The notes under the pieces: generated by a model
The model's input: the letters and a program-made list of their open reading frames with translations, nothing else
Databases searched by the model: none
What the model was told of the DNA's origin: nothing
From: Candidatus Cryptobacteroides sp.
Lineage (GTDB): Bacteria; Bacteroidota; Bacteroidia; Bacteroidales; UBA932
DNA: 64,000 nt
NCBI GenBank assembly: GCA_045627265.1
Contig: JAZQNI010000066.1
Span: 160-64,159 of the forward strand
Reading direction: 5' to 3'
Translations under genes and position numbers: made by a program
In this document: piece by piece, positions 1-9,416 of the stretch
Numbering within the stretch: position 1 is the stretch's first letter
How the letters are laid out: each line of letters starts with the position of its first letter

Positions 1-611
1 TTAGCCTCACCATTGATAATGACGAGATCGAGCATCTCATGACGAGGATATGACTTTACAGTACCGTTTGCAATCTCCTTGTTAAGAGAAGCGTAAGCAC
101 CAAGAAGGAGCTGCTGTCCGGTTTGTCCCCTTGCATAGAAAGTACGGCTGACCTGTACACCACCGAATGAACGGTTTGCAAGATATCCGCCGTATTCCCT
201 TGCGAAAGGAATACCCTGAGCTACACACTGGTCGATGATGGATGCACTTACCTCAGCAAGTCTGTAGACATTAGCCTCACGTGCACGATAGTCACCACCC
301 TTGATTGTGTCGTAGAAGAGACGATAGATGGAGTCATTGTCATTCTGATAGTTCTTGGCAGCATTGATACCTCCCTGTGCTGCAATAGAGTGAGCACGAC
401 GAGGAGTATCGCTGATGCAGAAAATCTTGACATTGTAGCCGAGTTCGCCGAGGGAAGCAGCTGCAGATGCGCCGCCGAGTCCGGTACCAACTACGATGAT
501 TTCAAGCTTTCTTTTGTTGTTTGGACTGACAAGATGAATTTCTGATTTACGCTTGGTCCATTTTTCTGCCAAAGGCCCATCAGGAATCTTTGATGTGAAT
601 TTATCCGCCAT
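1..611 (-). CDS. sdhA: Succinate dehydrogenase/fumarate reductase flavoprotein subunit, N-terminal part (runs off the window edge; not in the ORF track)
   Basis: Manual translation from ATG at 611: [18 protein letters not shown]...[15 protein letters not shown] (FAD-binding GxGxxG)...[16 protein letters not shown] (covalent-FAD His motif)...[23 protein letters not shown]. Confidence 0.95.
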   Translation of the reverse strand, partial: MADKFTSKIPDGPLAEKWTKRKSEIHLVSPNNKRKLEIIVVGTGLGGASAAASLGELGYNVKIFCISDTPRRAHSIAAQGGINAAKNYQNDNDSIYRLFYDTIKGGDYRAREANVYRLAEVSASIIDQCVAQGIPFAREYGGYLANRSFGGVQVSRTFYARGQTGQQLLLGAYASLNKEIANGTVKSYPRHEMLDLVIINGEA

Positions 612-725
612 TTTATAATTGAATTGATAATAATTTTCTATTATTCTGCAATTTTAGTCATTTTTAGCGAAATGACCAATTCAAATAACCCATATTTGTC
701 CTTATAAATAATAAAACGACCCTTT

Positions 726-1772
726 TCAAAAGAGAGAAGGATCGTTTTCTATGTTGTTCAGCCTTGCATTTCCAGCTTGGAACAATAATTCGTCAAGCCC
801 GAGATGATGATATGCCATATCGGTTGCCACCCTGCCCCGCTGGGTCCTTACGATGAAACCTTCTTTTATCAGATACGGCTCATATACCTCCTCAAAAGTT
901 CCCTGATCCTCACCGATAGCTGTCGCTATGGTGTTGGCGCCTACAGGACCACCCTTGAAAGTAGTGATGATGGTACGCAGGATCTTATTGTCTATGGAAT
1001 CGAGACCACGTGTATCTATCTTCAGCTTATCCAATGCAAACTTTGAAATCTTGAGATCTATCGCACCATCACCCATGACCTGGGCGAAATCCCTTACCCG
1101 CTTGAGAAGATAGTTGGCAATTCGAGGAGTACCACGGCTTCTCATCGCTATCTCACGTGCAGCCTGATCGTCTATCGCCACCTTCAAGATACCTGCGCTC
1201 CTTTTCACAATCTTCATAAGTTCATCGGTATCATAATATTCGAGAGCACAGGTGATACCGAATCTCTCTCTCAAAGGAGCAGTAAGCAGACCGCTTCTAG
1301 TGGTAGCTCCAACAAGGGTGAAAGGATTGAGCGTGATCCTGACAGAGCGAGCTCCGGGACCTTTATCTATCATGATGTCTATCACATAATCCTCCATGGC
1401 GGAATAAAGATATTCCTCAACTTCAGGGGACAGACGATGGATTTCATCTATGAAAAGCAAATCACCTTCCTCAAGGGATGTAAGCAGTCCGGCAAGGTCT
1501 CCAGGTTTGTCAAGAACAGGACCGGATGTTATTTTCATATTAACACCCATCTCATTTGCTATGATATGTGCAAGAGTGGTCTTGCCAAGTCCTGGAGGAC
1601 CATGGAAAAGAATATGGTCAAGAGCTTCTCCTCTCATCTTCGCTGCCTTGATATAGATATCAAGGTTGGAAATGATCTCTCTCTGACCAGTGAAATCCCC
1701 AAGTTCCTGCGGCCTTATCACTCCGTCGACGTCTTTGTCGCTGCTTATGTTCCTTGGATCGAAATCAGCCAT
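726..1772 (-). CDS. ruvB: Holliday junction branch migration helicase RuvB
   Basis: [12 protein letters not shown], Walker [51 protein letters not shown]. Confidence 0.98.
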   Translation of the reverse strand: MADFDPRNISSDKDVDGVIRPQELGDFTGQREIISNLDIYIKAAKMRGEALDHILFHGPPGLGKTTLAHIIANEMGVNMKITSGPVLDKPGDLAGLLTSLEEGDLLFIDEIHRLSPEVEEYLYSAMEDYVIDIMIDKGPGARSVRITLNPFTLVGATTRSGLLTAPLRERFGITCALEYYDTDELMKIVKRSAGILKVAIDDQAAREIAMRSRGTPRIANYLLKRVRDFAQVMGDGAIDLKISKFALDKLKIDTRGLDSIDNKILRTIITTFKGGPVGANTIATAIGEDQGTFEEVYEPYLIKEGFIVRTQRGRVATDMAYHHLGLDELLFQAGNARLNNIENDPSLF

Positions 1773-1790
1773 AATCTAACATTACCTGAA

Positions 1791-1850
1791 CAAATATAAG
1801 GACTTAAATCCTAATGCTGAAAGCTATTTTCCAAAATATGACTAAATTTG
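1791..1850. promoter_or_regulatory. Divergent Bacteroidota sigma-A -7 elements (ruvB side / mfd side)
   Basis: TATATTTG on minus (1791-1798) and TAAATTTG on plus (1843-1850) match the TAnnTTTG consensus. Confidence 0.55.
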
Positions 1851-1859
1851 AGGTGGCCA

Positions 1860-2120
1860 ATTTCAATCAATAAAATATCAATATGTTATTTAATTAAGTG
1901 ATTCTTATTGGATATTATATTGCTGTTTATATGTTGATAAGTTCTAATATTTATTGATTTTCATTTAGTTAGGAGAAGTATAACTGTTGATTGATCGTTT
2001 TATATGTCATTTGACAGATTGTTGATAAATGACGGCCGCAGATTATAAACATGCAACATGGTATTTTTCAACAGCACTTCCAACATTTTTTCAACCGAAT
2101 ATTTTAACTGATGTTGATAA
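1860..2120. other. Candidate replication origin (oriC): AT-rich tract plus a cluster of DnaA-box-like 9-mers
   Basis: TGTTGATAA (=TTATCAACA, 1 mismatch to TTATCCACA) at 1932-1940, 2020-2028 and 2112-2120; variants TTATAAACA 2043-2051, TTTTCAACA 2065-2073, CTTCCAACA 2077-2085, TTTTCAACC 2088-2096; very AT-rich 1860-1930. Confidence 0.55.
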
Positions 2121-5100
2121 GTAAGAATACTGCTTTTTATCTGAAGAAAAAAATATCAGAGGGTTCTGATGTATATTGCGGAGGACTTTTTCTTTCAGCC
2201 AGATGGTTTGTTTTCTCCCAGATAGCAGAAAAAAATATAAATCTTATCATCATGCCGGACAAGGATACTGCGGAATACTGTTCTGCTGACCTTTACAGTA
2301 TAATAGAAGGTGATAAGATATTCTTTCTTCCTTCAACCGGCAAAGGAATAGAGAGAAGTAATTATAAGTCTTCCCTTGGAGTACAGAGGACAGCGGCAAT
2401 AAGCAAGATAAAGTCAGGAGGGGATGGTCTTGTTGTTATAGTATCTTATCCGGAAGCTCTTGCTGAACTAATTCCTGATTATGAGAAAATTGATTCATCC
2501 ATATGGAAAATCAGAAAAGGTGACGAACTATCATTCGAAGATATAAGTACAAAGCTATATGAAAACGGTTTTGAGAAAGTGGATTTCGTATCAGCTCCAG
2601 GACAATATGCCATAAGGGGATCGATAATAGATATTTTCTCCTACTCTCTGAATAATCCATACAGATTTTCTTTCTGGGGCAATGAGATAGAAAAGATAAA
2701 CATATTTGACAGTAATACACAGCTTTCATCAGAAGAAGTAGAAGAAGCCGATATAATTTCTGATATAATATCCAAAGAAGAATCCGATGGAGTGAGCATA
2801 GCGAGCATCTTGCCACCAAATACAGTGGTATGGATGGATTCATATGACATGTATTCGGATTTTGAATTCATAAAAGAATATTCATCTTTCCAAAAAATAT
2901 TCATAGATACACCGATGAGTGTATCAACTGAAGATACGGTAAGGTTCAAGATATCTCCCCAACCGGTATTCAACAAGAATTTCGAGTTGCTGACCGAGGA
3001 TATAAGGAATAAAATAGAATCAGGATACAAGGTTTTCATATATTCCGAGAAAGAATCACAAGCGGAAAGACTCAAATCTATCTTACACCAGAACGGTGGT
3101 CTTATCCCTGAATTCATAACAGGAAAGAACATACATTCCGGATTCATCGATTCCGAAGACTGCATATGCTGCTATTCAGATCATGAGATATTCGACCGTT
3201 TCCATAGGGTGAGCATAAGGAGAAGTGTTGAAAAGAGCGAGAGACTCACTATAAACGATCTCAATTCTTTCAATATAGGTGACTATGTTGTGCACATAGA
3301 TCATGGAGTAGGAGTATTCGGCGGATTGGTGAGGATGCGTGACGACAAGAACCGTGTACATGAAGTGGTCAAGATCACTTATAAGGACGGAGATGTTGTA
3401 TTCGTGTCAGTACACGCTCTTAACAAGATTTCAAGATTCAAGTCGAAGGATGGTGAACCTCCAAAGATAAACAAACTTGGATCGAAGTCATGGCAGAATC
3501 TCAAGTCCGGTGCCAAATCAAAGGTAAAGGATATAGCCAAAGAGCTTATACAACTGTATGCCAAACGCAAATCCTCCACAGGATATGCATATTCTCCTGA
3601 TTCATACCTTCAGGAAGAACTCGAATCTTCATTCATGTATGAAGATACCCCGGATCAGGAGACAGCAACCGCTGCCATAAAGAGAGATATGGAGGATAAT
3701 TGTCCGATGGACCGTCTTGTATGCGGAGACGTAGGATTCGGAAAAACCGAGCTTGCTGTAAGAGCGGCATTCAAGGCAGTATGTGACAGCAAGCAGGTAG
3801 CTGTGCTGGTACCGACAACCATTCTCGCACTTCAGCATTACAACACTTTCACATCAAGACTTAAGGACCTTCCTTGCAACATAGACTACATAAGCAGACT
3901 ACGTACCGCAAAGAAAATTACCGAAATAAAGAAGAAACTCTCCCAAGGTCAGATAGACATATTGATAGGAACCCACAAGATGCTTGGAGAAGGATTCCAA
4001 TTCAAGGATCTCGGTCTTCTCATAATAGATGAAGAGCAGAAGTTCGGAGTATCAGCCAAAGAAAAACTCCGTCAGATGAAATTGTCTGTAGATACACTAA
4101 CCTTGACGGCAACACCAATTCCAAGAACCTTGCAGTTCTCTCTTCTCGGCGCACGTGATTTATCAATAATAAACACGCCTCCACCGAACAGGATTCCTGT
4201 ACAGACAGAGATCATTCTTTTTGATGAAAAAGAAATAAAAAGCATCATCAACTATGAACTCAACCGTGGAGGCCAGGTCTTTTTCCTTCATAACAAGGTT
4301 GAGGAACTGCAGTCCATCCATGAAATACTACAGCGCCTTGTGCCTGACATGAAGATATGTGTAGCGCACGGACAGATGGAACCGAAGGTGCTTGAAAACA
4401 AGATGCTTGACTTTATCAGGGGAGATTATGACATGCTTCTCTGTACCACCATCATAGAAAATGGTCTGGATATACCTAATGCAAATACGATAATCATAAA
4501 TCAGGCGCAGAACATAGGTTTGAGCGATCTTCATCAGCTTAGAGGCAGGGTCGGCCGATCCAACAAGAAAGCTTTCTGCTATCTGGTTGTCCCGCCACTT
4601 GTCAGCATAACTGATGATGCCCGCCGCAGACTCAAGGCGATTGAAGAATTCTCCGATCTTGGAAGCGGGTTTAATATTGCCATGCAGGACCTTGATATCA
4701 GAGGAGCAGGTAACCTGCTCGGCGCGGAACAGAGCGGCTTCATAATGGAGATGGGATATGAGACTTATCAGAAGATTCTTACTGAAGCCATGGAGGAACT
4801 CGGAGTCGAGACAGGTATGGATACGCGTTCCGGCAAGGAATCATTTGTACAGGATTGTACCGTGGAGACAGATCAGGTTGCTTTGATTCCCGATGATTAT
4901 ATGGATGTAACGGCCGAGAAGATAAGGATTTATAAACAGCTTGATTCTCTTGAGAACGAAAAGGAGATAGACAGGATGCGCAGCCAGCTGGAAGACAGAT
5001 TCGGCACTATGCCTGCAGAAGTTGACAACCTTTTCCATGTGGTCAAGGTAAGGAATCTTGGTGCACGTCTGGGCTTTGAGAAGATCATAATAAAGAACGG

Positions 5101-5296
5101 TCTTTTCATAGCGTTCTTCATCAACAATCAGATGTCTCCTTATTTCAAGTCCGATGTTTTCACAAAAGTCCTTTCAAAAATAAGTGAAAATGACAAGATC
5201 ATGACACTGAAACAAAGTGAGGGCAAACTCAAGATTGTGGCTAGAAACGTCGACTCCATGGAGCGTGCGCTTCATATCTTGAAGAAATTGCAATAA
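2111..5296 (+). CDS. mfd: Transcription-repair coupling factor Mfd
   Basis: UvrB-like region (GQYAIRGSIIDIFS), RID (GDYVVHIDHGVG), CGDVGFGKTE, IIDEEQKFG, TATPIPRTL, HQLRGRVGRS, DLDIRGAGNLLG, C-terminal TRCF domain. Confidence 0.97.
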   Translation: MLISKNTAFYLKKKISEGSDVYCGGLFLSARWFVFSQIAEKNINLIIMPDKDTAEYCSADLYSIIEGDKIFFLPSTGKGIERSNYKSSLGVQRTAAISKIKSGGDGLVVIVSYPEALAELIPDYEKIDSSIWKIRKGDELSFEDISTKLYENGFEKVDFVSAPGQYAIRGSIIDIFSYSLNNPYRFSFWGNEIEKINIFDSNTQLSSEEVEEADIISDIISKEESDGVSIASILPPNTVVWMDSYDMYSDFEFIKEYSSFQKIFIDTPMSVSTEDTVRFKISPQPVFNKNFELLTEDIRNKIESGYKVFIYSEKESQAERLKSILHQNGGLIPEFITGKNIHSGFIDSEDCICCYSDHEIFDRFHRVSIRRSVEKSERLTINDLNSFNIGDYVVHIDHGVGVFGGLVRMRDDKNRVHEVVKITYKDGDVVFVSVHALNKISRFKSKDGEPPKINKLGSKSWQNLKSGAKSKVKDIAKELIQLYAKRKSSTGYAYSPDSYLQEELESSFMYEDTPDQETATAAIKRDMEDNCPMDRLVCGDVGFGKTELAVRAAFKAVCDSKQVAVLVPTTILALQHYNTFTSRLKDLPCNIDYISRLRTAKKITEIKKKLSQGQIDILIGTHKMLGEGFQFKDLGLLIIDEEQKFGVSAKEKLRQMKLSVDTLTLTATPIPRTLQFSLLGARDLSIINTPPPNRIPVQTEIILFDEKEIKSIINYELNRGGQVFFLHNKVEELQSIHEILQRLVPDMKICVAHGQMEPKVLENKMLDFIRGDYDMLLCTTIIENGLDIPNANTIIINQAQNIGLSDLHQLRGRVGRSNKKAFCYLVVPPLVSITDDARRRLKAIEEFSDLGSGFNIAMQDLDIRGAGNLLGAEQSGFIMEMGYETYQKILTEAMEELGVETGMDTRSGKESFVQDCTVETDQVALIPDDYMDVTAEKIRIYKQLDSLENEKEIDRMRSQLEDRFGTMPAEVDNLFHVVKVRNLGARLGFEKIIIKNGLFIAFFINNQMSPYFKSDVFTKVLSKISENDKIMTLKQSEGKLKIVARNVDSMERALHILKKLQ

Positions 5297-5301
5297 ATAA
5301 G

Positions 5302-5309
5302 TAACTTTG
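5302..5309 (+). promoter_or_regulatory. -7 promoter element upstream of coaX
   Basis: TAACTTTG 26 nt before the TTG start. Confidence 0.5.
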
Positions 5310-5335
5310 GAGTCCTTAGTAATATTGACAGACAG

Positions 5336-6061
5336 TTGAATCTGGTAGTAGAAATAGGAAATACCGCATTAAAGGCGGCATGGTCCGAAGGTATAACCCT
5401 CGGAAAGACATTCAGATATCAGGGTGAAAGGAAGATAGAGTTCATATCATCCATCACTGAAAAGGAGAAACCTGATGCCATGGTTGTGGCATCGGTGTCT
5501 AATGTTTCACTTTCAGACGAAAGAAAACTTTCAAGTATGTGTCATCATCTCCTTATACTTGACCCTTCTCATTCTGATATCCTTTGCAGTTACGGCCTGC
5601 CTCAATATATCACCTATGACAGGGCCGCCTCAATAATAGCTTCCAGAAAAATGTTCAAGGGCAAGGGATGTTCAATCTTCGATTTCGGAACAACCCTTAC
5701 AATAGATTTCATAGACCAGGATGGAGAGTATGAAGGTGGAAACATATCTTTGGGATGCAGGACGCGTTTCAAGGCCTTGAACAGATATTCAAGGACTCTT
5801 CCTCTGCTTGACACACCGGAAAATCCAGTAGAAACAGGGACTTCGCTGCAATCATCCATCGAAGCCGGTATTATTTCAGGCATAAAGTTTGAAATACAGT
5901 CGTATATGGATAGATTTCCGGAAAATGTGATCATATTTACCGGAGGTGATGCGAATTATTTTGTTAAAAAAATGAAAAACTCCATCTTTGTAATTTGTAA
6001 CCTTGTATTGATGGGGTTGGCTTTAATAACTGATGAATATGTCAGAAAGGAGAATGAATAG
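5336..6061 (+). CDS. coaX: Type III pantothenate kinase
   Basis: EIGNTALK, YDR, DFGTTLTID, GGNI, FTGGDA, LVLMGL motifs; TTG start; conserved Bacteroidota context. Confidence 0.9.
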   Translation: MNLVVEIGNTALKAAWSEGITLGKTFRYQGERKIEFISSITEKEKPDAMVVASVSNVSLSDERKLSSMCHHLLILDPSHSDILCSYGLPQYITYDRAASIIASRKMFKGKGCSIFDFGTTLTIDFIDQDGEYEGGNISLGCRTRFKALNRYSRTLPLLDTPENPVETGTSLQSSIEAGIISGIKFEIQSYMDRFPENVIIFTGGDANYFVKKMKNSIFVICNLVLMGLALITDEYVRKENE

Positions 6062-7358
6062 ATTTTTATCATTGATTGCCGTGATTTTAATCACCGGTAC
6101 TTCGCTTTTTGCGCAGTCAGGTGCAGGCAGCAGCCATTCTCCATATACCATTTTCGGATTGGGAGACATCATTTCCCAAGGCAGCGCATACAACAAGAGC
6201 ATGGGCGGCACCGGAATAGCCACCAGGAGCAAGAAGATGATCAACTATCTCAATCCTGCATCCGTTACGGCAAGAGACTCGCTCTCGTTCATGACGGACT
6301 TCGGTTTGAGCCAGACGAACAAGCTTTACAGGCAGAACGACCTCCATTCCGGCAGCAACCTTTGCAATATCAACGATATCGTTATATCGTTCCCGATCTA
6401 CAGGTCTCTCGCCATGATGGTCGGCATTGCACCGTACAGCGGCATAGGATATGAGTTCGCCACCTATTTCGATGATCAGTCGCTGATAGGCCAGACGGGA
6501 AACATGTCCGGAATGTCACAAGGTACCGGAAGCATGTATCAGCTGTTTGCCGCGGCTGGTATGACTTTCTGGAAAAGACTTTCCGTGGGAGTCGAGTACA
6601 TACGATATTTCGGAAATCTTGAGAAAGTGAACGTCATATCTTTCTCTCAATCCGGATATAACGGAGTAAGTACCGGCAACAAGATGTACCTCAAGGCGAA
6701 TGCCGTGAAGTTCGGCGTCCAGTACGAAAACAATGTAGGCAACTGCGTGCTTGATCTGGGTGCTACATACGGTCTTGATGCAAACCTTAAAGGAAACGTG
6801 GAGAGTTATAAGATTTCGACCGGATCCTTGATTTCCGATACATTGAAATACAATCTCAACGATTTCACCAAGGATAAGGTTCAGATTGCAGGAGAGCTTG
6901 GAGTGGGAGTATCTTTGAAGCGTGGCGAGAAGTGGAGAGCTGAGATAGACTACACTAGATCCGACTGGACGAATACCGGAATGGACAAGGTTGCGGGATT
7001 CTCCAATAACTCGAGGTCAGTGTTCACAGCCGGAGTTGCTGAGGCATACAGGGCAGGTTTCGAATTCGTGCCGAACATCAATGATGTCCGTTATTATTTC
7101 CGCAGATGCTCATACAAGGCAGGAGCATATTACAAGAATGATTACTTCCTTGTGGACGGAAATAAGATCAATTCAATGGGAATAACACTCGGAATGACAT
7201 TCCCGGTATTGAAATTGTATAACAACGGAGTATCGGTTGGAGTCGATCTTGGACAGAGAGGATCCCTGCAGGGAGACATGATACGTGAAAGATACGTGAA
7301 CTTCACTATCGGACTCAATGGATTCGATATCTGGTTCCAGAAACAGAGATATAGATAA
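6033..7358 (+). CDS. Outer-membrane beta-barrel protein (FadL-like hypothetical of the coaX locus); start may be 6054
   Basis: Signal peptide, SPYTIFGLG/SMGG/NYLNPAS N-terminal plug motif, amphipathic strands, C-terminal WF.K.RY. Confidence 0.75.
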   Translation: MNMSERRMNRFLSLIAVILITGTSLFAQSGAGSSHSPYTIFGLGDIISQGSAYNKSMGGTGIATRSKKMINYLNPASVTARDSLSFMTDFGLSQTNKLYRQNDLHSGSNLCNINDIVISFPIYRSLAMMVGIAPYSGIGYEFATYFDDQSLIGQTGNMSGMSQGTGSMYQLFAAAGMTFWKRLSVGVEYIRYFGNLEKVNVISFSQSGYNGVSTGNKMYLKANAVKFGVQYENNVGNCVLDLGATYGLDANLKGNVESYKISTGSLISDTLKYNLNDFTKDKVQIAGELGVGVSLKRGEKWRAEIDYTRSDWTNTGMDKVAGFSNNSRSVFTAGVAEAYRAGFEFVPNINDVRYYFRRCSYKAGAYYKNDYFLVDGNKINSMGITLGMTFPVLKLYNNGVSVGVDLGQRGSLQGDMIRERYVNFTIGLNGFDIWFQKQRYR

Positions 7359-7387
7359 CATATTGAAAACAAATAAAATAAACTGAT

Positions 7388-8710
7388 ATGAAAAATATCG
7401 CATTAGTAATCTTGACAGCAATGATGATGGTTCCTTGCGCGAATGTATCCGCACAGGGAAAGTATGGAGCAGACAGTGCAAACTGCATCAAGTACCTTTC
7501 TTATTACAAGGAGTATTTCAAGCAGAAGAACTACACTGAGGCTATGCCTAACTGGAGACAGGCTTATATAATCTGTCCTCCTACGGCAAACCAGACCATG
7601 CTTGTGGATGGCACAACCCTCATCAGGAACCTTATTGCAAAGAATGCAGGAAACGCTGAATACAAGAAAGCTCTTGTAGACACTTTGATGGCGTTGCATG
7701 ACACAAGAATCGAGTATTATCCAAAATATGCCGCCACTGCTCTGAACAACAAGGGTGTCGACCTTTCTAATTTCGTGAAAGATCCAAAGGTGCTCTTCGA
7801 AGAGTATAACAAGATCATCGAGACAAACAAAGGCGCAACAAAGAGCTCCATCCTCCTTTTCGACCTCAATGCTGCAATCGACCTTTATCAGAACAATGAG
7901 ATTTCTGCCGAGGATGTAATCAATACATACCAGAGAAATCTTGACATCATCAATTCTCTTGAACCAAAGTCAGAATTGGAGGCAGAGCAGAACAAGAAGA
8001 TCAAGGGTGATCTCGAAGGTCTGTTCATCGGCAGCAACGTAGCAAGCTGCGACAACCTCCTTGCTCTTCTCACCCCGAGATATGAGGCAAATCCTGAGGA
8101 TATTTCAGTTATCTCCGGAATCGTGAGCATGCTCAACAATGCCGAGGAGTGCACCAACAACGACCTTTATCTCAAGGCTGTCACAGCGATGCATAAGATC
8201 GAACCTTCAGCCAGGTCCGCATACTTCCTGTACAAGCTCAACAATGTCAGGGACAATGTCGAAGAAGGAATCAGCTACCTTGAGCAGGCTATCAACCACC
8301 CTGACACCGACAACATGACCAAGGGAGAGTATTATTGCGAACTTGCAACTGTATGCTACAAGAACGGAATGAGAGGAAAGGCATTCGAGGCTGCACAGAA
8401 AGCAGCAGATCTCAATCCATCTGTAAGAGGAACTGCTTATATGCTTATCGGTAACATCTGGGGTTCTACAACTTGCGGTGGCGATGAGATTTCAAGGAGA
8501 GCTCCTTACTGGGTTGCAGTTGACTACCTCCAGAAGGCAAAAGCTGCCGATGAGAGTCTTGCAGACGATGCAAACAGCCTTATCGCACAGTACAGCAGAT
8601 ACTTCCCTCAGACTGCAGAGGCATTCATGTATGACCTCACAGCCGGACAGAGCTACACTGTATCCTGCGGCGGCATGAAGGCTGTCACAACCGTGAGGAC
8701 ACAGAAATAA
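7388..8710 (+). CDS. Exported tetratricopeptide-repeat protein
   Basis: Signal peptide, helical TPR-like repeats, C-terminal YWVAVDYLQKAK...YFP...TTVR typical of this Bacteroidota locus. Confidence 0.75.
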   Translation: MKNIALVILTAMMMVPCANVSAQGKYGADSANCIKYLSYYKEYFKQKNYTEAMPNWRQAYIICPPTANQTMLVDGTTLIRNLIAKNAGNAEYKKALVDTLMALHDTRIEYYPKYAATALNNKGVDLSNFVKDPKVLFEEYNKIIETNKGATKSSILLFDLNAAIDLYQNNEISAEDVINTYQRNLDIINSLEPKSELEAEQNKKIKGDLEGLFIGSNVASCDNLLALLTPRYEANPEDISVISGIVSMLNNAEECTNNDLYLKAVTAMHKIEPSARSAYFLYKLNNVRDNVEEGISYLEQAINHPDTDNMTKGEYYCELATVCYKNGMRGKAFEAAQKAADLNPSVRGTAYMLIGNIWGSTTCGGDEISRRAPYWVAVDYLQKAKAADESLADDANSLIAQYSRYFPQTAEAFMYDLTAGQSYTVSCGGMKAVTTVRTQK

Positions 8711-8714
8711 TAAA

Positions 8715-9344
8715 TTGAACCGTATTGTCAAATACCTGAAGATGATGGCAACCGCAACCGCGGTTGCTTTCGTCGTATATTCTTGTTCCGGTAAATTGCA
8801 GGAAGCGGACTCCATCAACTTGGAAGAGACTCCTATGCAGACTGTGAACGACATGTTCGCTGTCCAGACAAAGAACGGAGTTGTGGTGATGCGCATCGAG
8901 GCCGACCTGATGCAGAGGTTCGAAACCGACACCATGTCCCTTGAACTCTTCCCGGAAGGTTTTGCAGTGTACAGCTATACAGACGAAGGCTTGCTCGAGA
9001 CCATAATGCTGTCGGACAAGGCTAGTCACAAGACCTTCAAGAATACACAGGGAGAGGCCTGGTCCGCTTTCGGCAACGTATCCATTCAGAATATAATCAA
9101 GCAGGAGACAATGGAAACTGACACCATCTATTGGGATCAGCGGATCAACCAGATTTATACGGACTGCTATGTCCGTATGTACTCTCCGGACGGCTTCATG
9201 CAAGGATATGGGATGAAATCCGACGATCACGCACGCAACGCAATAATAATGAAACCGTTCAACAGTTACAGCGTGGTGATACAGGATACTACGGCTGTCG
9301 TAATAGATTCAGTCAATTTTATAGGTCCTTTTCTAAAAAAATAA
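8715..9344 (+). CDS. lptC: LPS export periplasmic protein LptC
   Basis: Lipoprotein-like N-terminus (YSCS), FPEGF, AFGNV, TDTIYWDQ, IYTDCYV, GYGM; syntenic position. Confidence 0.8.
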   Translation: MNRIVKYLKMMATATAVAFVVYSCSGKLQEADSINLEETPMQTVNDMFAVQTKNGVVVMRIEADLMQRFETDTMSLELFPEGFAVYSYTDEGLLETIMLSDKASHKTFKNTQGEAWSAFGNVSIQNIIKQETMETDTIYWDQRINQIYTDCYVRMYSPDGFMQGYGMKSDDHARNAIIMKPFNSYSVVIQDTTAVVIDSVNFIGPFLKK

Positions 9345-9416
9345 TGTTGATTTAAGGGAAATTTGTTATCTTCGCACCCCAATATATAAACTGATAATTA
9401 TTAAAATACCAATAAT

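Noticed and set aside
1870-1900. dif-like site (ATATGTTATTT) in the AT-rich spacer
   Set aside because: Only a partial resemblance to the XerD arm TTATGTTAAAT, with no convincing XerC arm; the DnaA-box-like cluster is the stronger signal.
9345-9416. Absence of the CorC/hemolysin-family gene that I recall between lptC and the PpiD-like gene in Bacteroides
   Set aside because: A simple synteny difference based on memory; it cannot be verified here and has little functional implication.
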